Of a stretch of 64,000 nt of DNA, positions 36,905-50,000 are shown piece after piece. The notes under the pieces are model-generated. The model made no database searches. It had not been told where the DNA came from and worked only from the letters and a program-made list of their open reading frames with translations. Numbering within the stretch: the stretch's first letter is position 1; each line of letters opens with the position of its first letter. The stretch covers positions 9,329,751-9,393,750 of the forward strand of contig OZ037773.1 of the NCBI GenBank assembly GCA_964035545.1, written 5' to 3'. The position numbers and the translations under genes are program-made. This DNA is from Bugula neritina. Lineage: Eukaryota > Animalia > Bryozoa.

Positions 36905-38608
36905 AGAATTGATAAACTTGAATGCATGCTTTTGCTTTTCAAACTATTTTATGCATTGTGCATTTAAATTTTTAAGCTACTATAAATAAATAAGCCTAGT
37001 AAAATAATCTGAAATTTGACATTCAAGTGAATTAAATTTGACAGTCTATTATTAAACTTCTAATTAAATAAGAAACTTTTTCTTAATTTAATTTTGATCA
37101 ATTATACAACCCAAAAGTAATTTGGATTTTTAAACAGAAAATAATTATTACACGTAGACTTTGCTTATTTTAAAATCATAGCAATTAATTATTGTAATAA
37201 ATTAGGCATTTCATAAAAGCAATATGTACTTACGTTCTATTGAAAATAAAATTTATTTGAATTTTATTATAAATCTGACCGAGATTATTGCTCACATTAT
37301 TCAAACAGCAGTTGGCAAAGGGCCAGAATATTGGTTAGAAAGACTTATATTGTAGAGTATGAATTCAAAGCAATAATACATGTAGAAGTGTAGATGTTCT
37401 GCAAGTGTAAGATGCAGTTAAAAGTGATAATTTACTGTATAGGCTGCTATAGACATCTGACGCAACTATATATTAGGTTATGGCAAAATATTACTTTGCT
37501 CATTAAGAGTAATTATTGCTGCACTTTCTTTTAATTTTTTAAAAAGACAAGCCAACAAAAGCCCAAATGATAGTTTTCCTCCGTTTAAAAATAATAGACA
37601 CTGCAAAGATATAACGTTTTTTTATAATATAATACTTATTAGCCTACTCAATGTTGCACGTTTCATCTAAATTTATACAAGTTTATACCAGCTGAAGCAT
37701 GTTATTTTAAATCAACATGCAATTTTATAAGTACCTATCAAGTTATCATTCTTATTCTTCCAGCTCACTCTCAACTCGCAGTGTTTTATAAGTGTTGAAC
37801 AATTAAATTGTTTAAACCATACCATTTATGTTATATCTTATATACCGTATATATATAGCTGTATTATCTAAAGCCTATGTCAACTAGGTGGTAAAATTTA
37901 GTTTCAGTTGTAACATAGTCCTGTCATCTAGTGTACAGCAATGTATGTCTATATATAGCATTATGTTCTATATAGCACAGTCCTGGTTAATTTAGCTTTG
38001 CATACCTTTTAACCTCTGCAGTTCAGCACTTACCCTACTTTTGTTTGTATAAATCACATGTTTTATACAGCAACTGAGACCGTGAAACTTATTTTAAACT
38101 GCCTTCCTGCAGCTGACATGTGTAAAGTGACTTCAATTCCAAACAATAAAAGAAACACTGTCTTGTCTTGGGCTGCACAATGTGGACTTATGGATGTGTT
38201 AAGACTGCTTGTAGATATTATTCCACCAGAAGAGCTGTATTCACAAGTTCTGGTAATAGATAATGATGGTGACACAGTCATACATTGTGCTGCTTACGGG
38301 AACCAATCAGAAGCTGCTGTATACCTGCTTGACAAGTTGACGGAGAACCAAATTGGAGAAATATTTGAAATACAAAACAAAGAAGGTCACACTCTGATTG
38401 AATATGCAAAAAGTAAAGCTAACCATGAGTTTGTGACTCTAATTGAAGCTTATTTGAAAGATAGAGAAATTTTTCCAAAAGGTAAAGTTCAACAACCTGC
38501 TTTCAGCTTTGGTTGGAAACAATCAACATAATCTTAAAATTTTGAGCTTTTGCATTATGCATAGTATATTATATTAGTACTCTTGTACGTGTTGGAAGTA
38601 TGTAGGCC

Positions 38609-39020
38609 AAATTCTTGTACACATGCAGTCAGGGTTGGGGTCAATTACATATGAATGTAATTAATTACAATTGCAATTATATGAGAATTTGTCCATATTA
38701 CAATTACAATTATATAATTTCAGTTCTAATAAATGTAATTAATACAATTTCAATTACTTTTGTTCTCCTTCTGGAGTCCAACTACAACGGGCAATTTTGA
38801 CAACATACAGCCTTCTTTGTTCTCAGCAGTAACCAATAGGGTGACAAATACACACTAAATTAATCTAAATTTTTTATTAAGCATGTAGGCAGGCAGTAAG
38901 CAAGACAGGAAAAATATGAGTTTTATAAGATATAAAAATTGAAGTAAGTGTTATGTAATTATAAAGTATTTGTAAAATTCGATTACATTAGCAATGTAAT
39001 TAATTACAATTACATTGTAA
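38609..39020. mobile_element. Possible non-autonomous DNA transposon remnant (CAGGGTTGGG end with AATTAC/GTAATT motifs)
   Basis: Starts cagggttggggtcaattac with clustered aattac/gtaatt motifs; same sequence at 63780-64000. No matching far TIR or TSD identified. Confidence 0.3.
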
Positions 39021-39914
39021 TATGGATCATTTTACTTAATTTAGTACACACCGGAAGTTTCCAGTTTTCAGCTATTTTTCACAATTTAGCTGCTAATGAA
39101 CAAGGGTTTTTGCCCAAAACTAGTTAAATGTCAATCAACACACAAATAATCGAGGTTCTTTTTAATTTTGATTGATTTTCCATGTTTTTTTCTAATTATT
39201 TAGCTACTTTTGATTGCAGACCGTTATGTTTTTTTTATGACCTGTAGAAGCTGCTGTAGTTGAATAAAAAATTGAACAACAGCTATAATGAGTTGAGCAT
39301 TTTTCTCGGATCAATTTGCATTAACTATGAGAAAGATATGCTGGCCAACATTATAATTTTTACAGGTTGTATCTTTGACAAAATTACTTTTTTAGTGCAA
39401 AATGGCTTGCAATAATCTTGAAATGTTTGACTTGCAGCTAAAATGCTGCCTCCGCTCTAGACTCAAAGTACATATATAATTCAAAATGATGGATGCATAG
39501 AAAATAAATTTAAATTTATTGTAGACAGAAAACTGAAAGTTGACTTTAACCAGAACACAAGTTCTGCTTACTCCTACAAGAACACAAGCTTTGCTGACAG
39601 TGGAATATCACTTGATGTTGAAACCAGTGTAGTAGACAGTGAGTGTATAAATTACTTCTTTGATACTGCAGGTACTAGATAATATATACCAATGATGGTC
39701 CAGCAAACAGATTCTAAACTATAAGCTGCACTCAAATGATGCGCCAATTCAGCGGTTGGCTTTGTTGAGCTGTTACCAGAGCAATCCTAGCTTTTTTACT
39801 TACGAATGTGTGGTTTGGTCTGCATGAAAATAAGTACGGTACTCACAAAAAACGGTTTAAAGAATTCACTTTTTGAAGCCAAACTTTAGTAAACAAAATA
39901 CAACTGTGAAGTGG

Positions 39915-40710
39915 TTTTAGAATGTCAAATATAAAATTGTGTGTGACAGTTTGGTATAAGCTTAAAAATTTCAACTGCTATATGTTGCACTGCTTGGCCG
40001 TTGATACATGAAAAGTGTTTTGCCGGTTCAAAATGTAATGATGCAATGCTATAAGTAAAACTCAAGTGTTTATTGCTTGTATATATAACAAAATTTTTTG
40101 TATCCAAGTGACATTTAGGCTGCATAAAACTGTTGAGGTGCCATCGAGCTTAGCTACTCTAATTTTGGAGTATAATGTAAACACAGATAAATATTATAGA
40201 CTTTTATAAACTCACCACATTTTAATTGAAAATTTGGCACAAATATTTTCAATAATGTTAAGTAATTTTAGAATGTCAAATATAAAACTGTGACAGTTTG
40301 GTATAAACAGTTTAGAAATTTGAAACTGTATAGCTGTGATAATGAAATTTATATGTTTTTTAGTTAAAGTTGGAAGTTCATGTAATGATATCTTGCTTCT
40401 ATATATAAGTTTATAAAATGGAATTTTCAATAATTACTTAACAAATTGTATAGCTATGTACACTGCTTGGCCTTTGATACATGCAAGGCATTTTGTTGCT
40501 TCATCATATACGTAATGGTGCAACGCTAAGTGCAACTGAAGTTTTGTTTATGTAAAACAATACCATCTCTACCCAAATGGCATTTAAACTGCATAAAGCA
40601 TTTGAGGTGCTAGCCAGTCTACTCAACTTTAGGGATGATAATGTAAACACACATATATATTATAGACTTTGATAAACTCATAACCTTTTAATTGAAAATT
40701 TTGCACAAAT
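39915..40710. repeat. Diverged tandem duplication (~330-440-bp units) in K2 intron 2
   Basis: ttttagaatgtcaaatataaaa...gtgacagtttggtataa at ~39915 and ~40266; aatgtaaacac...tattatagactt...ttttaattgaaaattt at ~40175-40235 and ~40640-40705. Confidence 0.7.
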
Positions 40711-41630
40711 TTGTCATTAGTATTCATCAATAAAATGCAAGTTAATAGACATAATTAACCAATAGAATACATTTCTAAAGTGAATAATTATTGCTTTACT
40801 AAATATAGGCTTTAAATCTTCACTTCTTTAAAGTGACAACATAAGGGATTTGTGGATATTGAATGCTCATTTTATAGGTTTTACCACTTTACGTTTGGAA
40901 AAGTAAAACCCCAAATTACATCCAAATTTAATCTCTGTTAACAGAAAAAATGTATACATAACGTCTATAAGCTGCATTTATTTCTTATTTCAGTGCTGCA
41001 CAGTTTAAAGGTTGAAGAAAAGCTAGGCAGTGGTGGACAAGCAACAGTGTATAGGGGGACTTGGTTGAGTACCCCAGTGGCTATCAAAATCTTACCAAAT
41101 TCCATGGGTATAGACTTGTCCAAGACATCATTACAGGAACTAGAGGGGTACAATGCTGTCAAGTATGGGGAACAATACAAGTTGTTTACATTTTTTAAAT
41201 TTATCTAACCACTATTGAAGGCTTCTTTTAAATCAAACAAGGTGTAGCATTCTGTTTTCCTGATGCTTTTGTCTTTTGCTACAGGAACCTTCGACATCCA
41301 AACATTATCCAGTTCTTTGGAATTGGGCAGCTAATGACAGATATAGGTCTGGTGATGGAACTCTGTGACACTGATTTGAAGATAATGTCTCAACAAATTG
41401 GACAGAGTGCATGGAGATGCATTGGTAAGAGTTGTCTGAAAGCTCGATTATCTTGGTAAGTTTAAGACTTCTCTGTAGAAAATATTGTTGGTTTTATACT
41501 AAATCAAATTTGTTATTTCGCTAACCAACAAAGCATAACAACTTAGTTTGAGTTGCGCTGTGTTACATTGCGATTTTTTATGTTTTGTGCAATATGATTG
41601 CTTGTATTTTGTGTTTTGTGCCTTTTGCTT

Positions 41631-43605
41631 TGTGCCTTGTGCCTTGTGCCTTGTGCCTTGTGCCTTGTGCCTTGTGCCTTGTGCCTTGTGCCTTGTGCCT
41701 TGTGCCTTGTGCCTTGTGCCTTGTGCCTTGTGCCTTGTGCCTTGTGCCTTGTGCCTTGTGCCTTGTGCCTTGTGCCTTGTGCCTTGTGCCTTGTGCCTTG
41801 TGCCTTGTGCCTTGTGCCTTGTGCCTTGTGCCTTGTGCCTTGTGCCTTGTGCCTTGTGCCTTGTGCCTTGTGCCTTGTGCCTTGTGCCTTGTGCCTTGTG
41901 CCTTGTGCCTTGTGCCTTGTGCCTTGTGCCTTGTGCCTTGTGCCTTGTGCCTTGTGCCTTGTGCCTTGTGCCTTGTGCCTTGTGCCTTGTGCCTTGTGCC
42001 TTGTGCCTTGTGCCTTGTGCCTTGTGCCTTGTGCCTTGTGCCTTGTGCCTTGTGCCTTGTGCCTTGTGCCTTGTGCCTTGTGCCTTGTGCCTTGTGCCTT
42101 GTGCCTTGTGCCTTGTGCCTTGTGCCTTGTGCCTTGTGCCTTGTGCCTTGTGCCTTGTGCCTTGTGCCTTGTGCCTTGTGCCTTGTGCCTTGTGCCTTGT
42201 GCCTTGTGCCTTGTGCCTTGTGCCTTGTGCCTTGTGCCTTGTGCCTTGTGCCTTGTGCCTTGTGCCTTGTGCCTTGTGCCTTGTGCCTTGTGCCTTGTGC
42301 CTTGTGCCTTGTGCCTTGTGCCTTGTGCCTTGTGCCTTGTGCCTTGTGCCTTGTGCCTTGTGCCTTGTGCCTTGTGCCTTGTGCCTTGTGCCTTGTGCCT
42401 TGTGCCTTGTGCCTTGTGCCTTGTGCCTTGTGCCTTGTGCCTTGTGCCTTGTGCCTTGTGCCTTGTGCCTTGTGCCTTGTGCCTTGTGCCTTGTGCCTTG
42501 TGCCTTGTGCCTTGTGCCTTGTGCCTTGTGCCTTGTGCCTTGTGCCTTGTGCCTTGTGCCTTGTGCCTTGTGCCTTGTGCCTTGTGCCTTGTGCCTTGTG
42601 CCTTGTGCCTTGTGCCTTGTGCCTTGTGCCTTGTGCCTTGTGCCTTGTGCCTTGTGCCTTGTGCCTTGTGCCTTGTGCCTTGTGCCTTGTGCCTTGTGCC
42701 TTGTGCCTTGTGCCTTGTGCCTTGTGCCTTGTGCCTTGTGCCTTGTGCCTTGTGCCTTGTGCCTTGTGCCTTGTGCCTTGTGCCTTGTGCCTTGTGCCTT
42801 GTGCCTTGTGCCTTGTGCCTTGTGCCTTGTGCCTTGTGCCTTGTGCCTTGTGCCTTGTGCCTTGTGCCTTGTGCCTTGTGCCTTGTGCCTTGTGCCTTGT
42901 GCCTTGTGCCTTGTGCCTTGTGCCTTGTGCCTTGTGCCTTGTGCCTTGTGCCTTGTGCCTTGTGCCTTGTGCCTTGTGCCTTGTGCCTTGTGCCTTGTGC
43001 CTTGTGCCTTGTGCCTTGTGCCTTGTGCCTTGTGCCTTGTGCCTTGTGCCTTGTGCCTTGTGCCTTGTGCCTTGTGCCTTGTGCCTTGTGCCTTGTGCCT
43101 TGTGCCTTGTGCCTTGTGCCTTGTGCCTTGTGCCTTGTGCCTTGTGCCTTGTGCCTTGTGCCTTGTGCCTTGTGCCTTGTGCCTTGTGCCTTGTGCCTTG
43201 TGCCTTGTGCCTTGTGCCTTGTGCCTTGTGCCTTGTGCCTTGTGCCTTGTGCCTTGTGCCTTGTGCCTTGTGCCTTGTGCCTTGTGCCTTGTGCCTTGTG
43301 CCTTGTGCCTTGTGCCTTGTGCCTTGTGCCTTGTGCCTTGTGCCTTGTGCCTTGTGCCTTGTGCCTTGTGCCTTGTGCCTTGTGCCTTGTGCCTTGTGCC
43401 TTGTGCCTTGTGCCTTGTGCCTTGTGCCTTGTGCCTTGTGCCTTGTGCCTTGTGCCTTGTGCCTTGTGCCTTGTGCCTTGTGCCTTGTGCCTTGTGCCTT
43501 GTGCCTTGTGCCTTGTGCCTTGTGCCTTGTGCCTTGTGCCTTGTGCCTTGCACCTTGTGTCTTGTGCCTTGCGCCTTGCGCCTTGTGTCTTGTGCCTTGT
43601 GCTTT
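41631..43605. repeat. (CCTTGTG)n 7-bp satellite, ~1.9 kb (~275 units), in a K2 intron
   Basis: Essentially perfect from 41631 to 43550 with degenerate edges; open in all six frames. Confidence 0.98.
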
Positions 43606-46600
43606 GTATAAGTGTGTGTGTGTTTCCAAGTAGTCCCAAAACAGAAGCAGCTCTAACAACCTGCCTATGTAGCTGAAAAAAAAACATACTCAACAAACAA
43701 GCTGCAAAGATAAATTACTAATTTTGAATAAAACTTCACAGGACATTTGAAAAAGCTCATAATAACTGTCATGCATAAGATTGTTCATTGTGACTTGGCA
43801 AGATGCCATGCATGGCATTAAAATTCCATGAGTACACAATTCCTACTATATTTTCTTGTAGGATAAACTACTGAGGATTATTAAAGATTCTCTGTGTGGA
43901 TTAGTTTATCTTCATGATAAGAACATGATTCACATGGATATTAAACCACATAACATACTGGTAGGACAACTTCTGAATTAAATAAAAAAGATGAAAATAA
44001 TGCATATTATATGTAAAATACTAGATTAATATTTCATCTAATAATATAACGATTTAAACGTTCATTGTTTTCATGTTATGATACTATATTATATACTACT
44101 GTGTTGATTGTAGGTTCAATCTGGAAGAGGAAAACTGGCAGACTTTGGTTTAGCTGACTTGGCAGAAAACTTTCAGGACATGTCTATTACGTATTCTCCA
44201 TGGCAAGGTGTGTTTTGTATATACGTTTTGTTTTTCAGTCAATTAAACTTCCCTTTAAAACTTGCTATTACAAACCTTTTAAAGCTACATATATTTAGCA
44301 TCTCGCATACTTCAATCTGCTCAAATTATAGACATCGCAATTCAAAGTTTTAAACATAGGAGTATGATTAGTTCTCCTGTACCAAGTATAATTACTTTAA
44401 AGTTTTGTTTATCCTTCATTGCAAAACTAATTATTACTTAAAAATGTTTAATCACACGCACACGCACACACATATATATATGGAATTTCTAAAGCCTGTT
44501 TTCCATAGAATTAATGTCTAAATTTTTTGCCTGAAAAAGCTTTTTAAACAGCAATTTTTTTTTTTAGCTATTTTGAAAAAATGCTCATTTCTAAATGGTT
44601 CTCTATAGCAGTAATGAAACCATTTGGAATATAATGTGAAAACTTTTATTGTTTCTGGTATGGTAAAATATCATTATAACATTATATCAAATAAAATTTG
44701 GCCATGTCTTTTGTCATGGAATGAGTACAGCTGATTTCTGCTTCAATTTCTTTGTTTTAGGAACTTCATTGTACAGAGCTCCAGGGCTACTACACAGATA
44801 TGCTCCAACCAAGGCAGCTGACATGTGGTCTATGGGTGTAACAGCACTCGAAGTCTTCACAGGTGAATAAACCAAAGCAACTGATAATTACACATTCACA
44901 GCATCCTGTCAACGTGGCATGTGTGAAATATAGTTATTCTGCAGATTCTGTACATACATAAGTTGCATTAAAAATATTATTTTATTCTACAGGAGAACTT
45001 CCTTATCCTCTTGAAAACTTTGTTCGACATAAGAGAGCGAGAGTACCCAAAGATCTCCTTGACAAAAAGCTTCCTCAGTCTCTCCAGATGTTGTCAAATA
45101 GAAATCAGAAAATTATGCAGTTGGTGTTGACCTTTGAACCTGACCAGAGATTGTCTGCAGCTGATTGGCTTGAAAGACTGCAAAACTATCAAATTTAATT
45201 TTATTTTAATTGAATTCAAATTGTCAATAAATATATCATTTGCACCACTATATACCCACAACTGGGGTGACAAAGTTCAATTTATACAAACTTTTGTTAC
45301 ATCAGTTTATCGAGTATGTTGATGAAATATCTATTTTGAATCAACATTTTTACTGCCTATGTTGATTAGCAGAGTAAATAGTGTATCCATTGAATATTGC
45401 TAAAATTGAGTGATTATTTGATAGATGTTAATTGTCTCCACCTCACCTTAATCTGTTTGTTTGCTTTTAGCGTGATAGCTTTGATATTTTAGATTATTAT
45501 TTTCCAGATAATTTACATTTTTCAATATCAATATTAATATATGGCTTGCAGTTTCAAATCACTACAAAAATTTGTCTTTCCGAAACACTAAATATTCTGC
45601 ATTCTCACTGCCATTCAAATGCTAATAATAGCATATCCATTGTTTATTACACTAATAGTAAGAAGAAAGGTAATTAATTCAACATAAGCTGCAACAAATG
45701 CTACTAAAACAACACCAAAGTATGTTTGTTTACTGAGCATAGATTAGATTTGATAATTTCTCACTAGACTATTAAGAACCTTGGTGTGCAATGTTTATAT
45801 ATTTCATAATTTTCACAACTGAATGGATAACCTTCAAGAAGTATTATTTATCACATCTTGGAGTTATCCCACCTCATCAATTTAGTAAGCAAAGTATCCT
45901 ATTCTATATATAATCAAGTTGGTAGTTGTCTTACCAACACTATTCTTTTATTTAACAGGCTTGAAGTGCTTAGCTTAAAGGCACTAACACATTATTTATT
46001 CACTATACATACAACTCTAAATAACTGTTTTACACCTACTCAAGCAACGCCCATGTTTGATTGAAAATTTATGTCAAATTTTTTAACACCAGTTTATTTT
46101 CTTTGTTGACAACTCTGGCAACTCAAGCAAAAACTAATGCTTTATACCCATTTATTTGGGTATTACACAGCTGAAATAGTACATCATATACTAGTTTCCT
46201 TTTGTTTAATTACTGCTGCATGTTTCACTGATTTCTTACAAAGTTATACCAACTTATACCAGCTGTATCTAGTATCTTATCTCAAGCTAGCATGTGAGTT
46301 CTTCAGATACGTTATCATTCTCATCCTCCCATCAAACTCCTAACTCGTTCTGTTTAAGAGTTAAATTATCAAACTGTGCAAACATTATGTTATATTAATA
46401 CCTTATACTAGCTGTATTATCTAAAGCCTCAGTGAAATATAGACAGTACAGTTTTATTTTACATATACATCAATGGTATCTTATAGAGTATAGTATAACT
46501 TGAACTTTGATAAACCTGCAACTTAGTTCCTTTAAAAACACTCATATGGAACTAGTTTAGTCTCGCGCTTCTTATATTTAGTGTAGACACTATTCTTCTA

Positions 46601-46941
46601 TGCAAAGATGATATAGGTTTTTATACAGCAGATAACTTGTGCAAGAGCAGGCATTTAACAAGTTAATTTCATTTCATTATTTTAGGTTTGGTTCAGTAAA
46701 ACAATCTGAATAAACTACATGACACATTAGCTATATTTGCAACCACTTACTCTCTAAATAGTGCTGGATCTGTGTATAGCTGACTTGCTGTGTTTAGTAT
46801 AATGTGTGAATCAAATTTAAACACAACACTGAAAAGAATATAATATAATTGTATGAGCATATTTTTGATACCTTAAAAAAATTTGGTCGATATTTTATAA
46901 ATTTTAGAATTACTGTTGATCATGGAGAGATAATAAACCAA

Positions 46942-47060
46942 CAGCCAATCACAAGCAGTTATTTGTTTACACTCTATGTTATATATTATATGCGAGGTAC
47001 TATACTGGGTCATTCAACAACTGTATGCTGAGTATATAACTGTGGCTTAGAAATAGTGTA
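46942..47060 (+). promoter_or_regulatory. Conserved upstream block with a CCAAT box, shared by A4 and K4
   Basis: cagccaatcac..gcagttatttgtttacact..atgttatatattatatgcgaggtactatact occurs at 46942 and ~62694, each ~125 bp upstream of the ATG. Function is inferred only. Confidence 0.4.
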
Positions 47061-47066
47061 GTTAGT

Positions 47067-50000
47067 ATGCCAACAAGTAAGAGTTTCAATAGGCTGTTGG
47101 AGTTTATTAAGGAAGGAAGTGAAGTTGGATTTAAACAAATGATATGGTCTCTGACTGCTTCACAATGGCTAGATGTTCTTAAAGAACAGGATGATAAACC
47201 GGTTACGTTACTTGAATATGCAGCAGGATGGGGTCTTACTGAGATAGTGAAAGTTGTCATAAGATCAGTACCAGCTGGTGAGCTTCATGGTATTCTAGCT
47301 ATACAAGACTGCAAGGGTAATACACCTTTTCACGTGGCAGCTTACTTTGGGCACACAGAAATAGTGAAGCTTATAGCTAACTCTATTCTCACAGCTGATC
47401 TGTATCGTCTGTTGAAGATACAAGATAAGAATGGAAATACTCCATTAAGATGTGGATTGGTGGAAAAAAAAATTGAGACTGTAAAATTTATTTTAAACTG
47501 TCTTCCTGCAGCTGACATGCGTAAAGTGATATCAATTCCAGACAATCATGGAACCACTGTCTTGTCTCATGTTGCAGAATGTGGACCTATGGATGTGTTA
47601 AAACTGTGTGTCGATATTATACCACCAGAAGAGCTGTATTCACATGTTCTGGTAGCAGATACTGATGGTGACACAGTCATACATTGTGCTGCTTGCAGGA
47701 ACCAATCAGAAGCTGCTGTATACCTGCTTGATAAGTTGACAGGGAACCAAATTAGGGAAATATTTGAAATACAAAATAAAAAAGGTTACACTCCTTTTGA
47801 ATATGCAAAAAGTAAAGCTGACTACGACGGTGACGATGACTTTGTAACAGCAGTTAAAGATTGCCTAAAAAAGAGAAGAATTTTTTTAAAAGGTAAATTG
47901 ATAAACAACTTTTGTAAGCTATAGCTCAAGCAATAACCAACTATTTAAATAATGATAACTATGGACCTATAATATTTATGCTGAAAATGTACATCAATCT
48001 TGTTTAATATGTTATAAGGAAGATTTACTTGAGGGAAATTATAGTCCTAACACCCTGTATTTTAGACAAGAATATTCTGAGAGCAAAATAGTTTCTAATA
48101 ATTTTAGACTATTTAAGTTGTGGTCTATTCATCTACTCATTTCTTTCTATGGCCATTCCTTAATATAGCAAACCAAAGTTATAATAGTAATATTTGCATA
48201 GAGGATAAATTCATTGTAGATGAAACAGTGAAAGCTGATTTTCACCAGAACACAAATTCTGCTGACAGTGGAATAACACATGATGGTGAAACCAGTTTGG
48301 TACACAGTAAGTGTGAATATAAGAATCATTAACGTACCCCGTATTACATGATACGTATTACATAAGACGCAAAATGTGTGGTCTAGTAAATAAAGACGCT
48401 TGCAGTAATCAAGCACTATGTCAAAAAATGATCAAGTTTGTCGCTGGCATGCTATTCACACTTGCGTGGTTTGCTTAGAATATAATTATATTATTTACTT
48501 TGGTTTCAGTGGAAAACTACATCTGCCAAGTAGTTTTTGAATGTCAACCAAAAACTATGTTTTAAAAACTTGGAAATTCAAAGTATATAAAAATTATCAA
48601 TGTTGTATGTTTTTAGTTGACAGTTTGCAGTACCTTAGTTGTAATAAATAAGTTGGAAAGACTGGTCTTCAAAAATAACCTTATCTGCAGACCAATTTAC
48701 TATTACATAAAATTCATGCAAGTTTATAGTCACTACATCGCTGAGAGAACCCACGAATTAAAGAGCTTTTTAAAGAGAAATTATGACTGCATGCATGGAT
48801 ACTTTTTCTACCATCACCGATAGCTTTTGCTGGACCAATGACTTTTTGTTTACTAAGCTAACGCTACATAACCCTTAGACCACAGCTGCTCCCATCTTTT
48901 CGACACACAGGTCTCTGTAAAAATCTCTACAACAAAGCCCACTTTTGAAATATAGTTTTAAGCCAAGCTGACTTAGAGTTTTATAAGCCTATTTAGTAAT
49001 AGAGCTTATAGCTTCCAGGTAATTAATTGCAGGTAGTTAATCTACTTGAATAAATAGATGCCAATCTGACTATTTGTGTTTAAACTTTATAGTATCAAAA
49101 TACTAAAATTGAAAATAAGTTTTTTACTATGATTTCTTAATATTATGCAAACTCTTAATAAGCTATAAACTCTGCACCACTGAATAATTTTTTGTCATTT
49201 TCATCATAACTGCAGTACAGTAGATAAAAAATGTTCAGTTTGCTTTATTTTTCCTAGTTTTTAAGTTTATAGTCACATATGAGAAGTCTATAACTATAAC
49301 CAACTGTAATACCTGGTTCTCTGTATATATACATTGAACTTTCAATTAATCTATTATATTGCTACTGTAGAGAATTTTCTTCAACTGTAGAAATAAATAT
49401 AAAATATATATTCACCCAGCCTGAACAAAATATTCCAGGATTTGCAGCTACTCTAGAAGCTAGTTCAACAGCCCGATCTAATTGGCCAATCACAGAAGAG
49501 AACATAGTTGAGAAATATTTGAATGAGTTCGATGTAGAGGCAGACATGATCAACCTACCTCTAAGACCATCTACTCAACCAAACACAGAAGATATGTACA
49601 ACTGCAAAGAGGTTTACGTATTATCTAGCAACAAATTTTATTAACGATTGAGTAATTTTTTCGATTTCTTTTTTAACATCAGTTTTATAATTTTGCTAAT
49701 AAATTTACTTTCTGGCAGTGCTGTAATTAAAAGTAGTCACATGACAGCTAATGCAGTTTTACATAGTATAATTCCAAACCAAACACCAGACTATTGGAAC
49801 ATAATTGTTAGGGCATAATTGTTAATGAGCACCAATTTGACATAGTATAGCTCGAAGCTGTGTTTAAGGATACGGCTTTTGTTACAATAAGCTAACTGAT
49901 GAATTTACAATCATTGTTTTTAGAAGTATTACCAGATGACATCTCCCACCAGAGGAAGGTGTCTTATCATCAACAATAGAGACTTTGAAGTTCCCTCTAC

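Larger units (their letters stand above)
38058..45198 (+). pseudogene. K2: decayed ankyrin-repeat kinase (short ANK type, 5' deleted)
   Basis: Exons 38058-38481, 39525-39638, 40994-41162, 41285-41424, 43862-43960, 44114-44207, 44761-44862, 44993-45198. HMDIKPHN and DFG are kept. Lesions: ~680-bp 5' deletion relative to K4, alphaC E>G, APE>APG, and a 140-nt exon (41285-41424) out of phase with the next exon. Confidence 0.8.

Noticed and set aside
41499-43696. Six ~680-720-aa ORFs (AQGTRHK / VPCALCL repeats)
   Set aside because: Artefact of a stop-free 7-bp satellite lying in a kinase intron.
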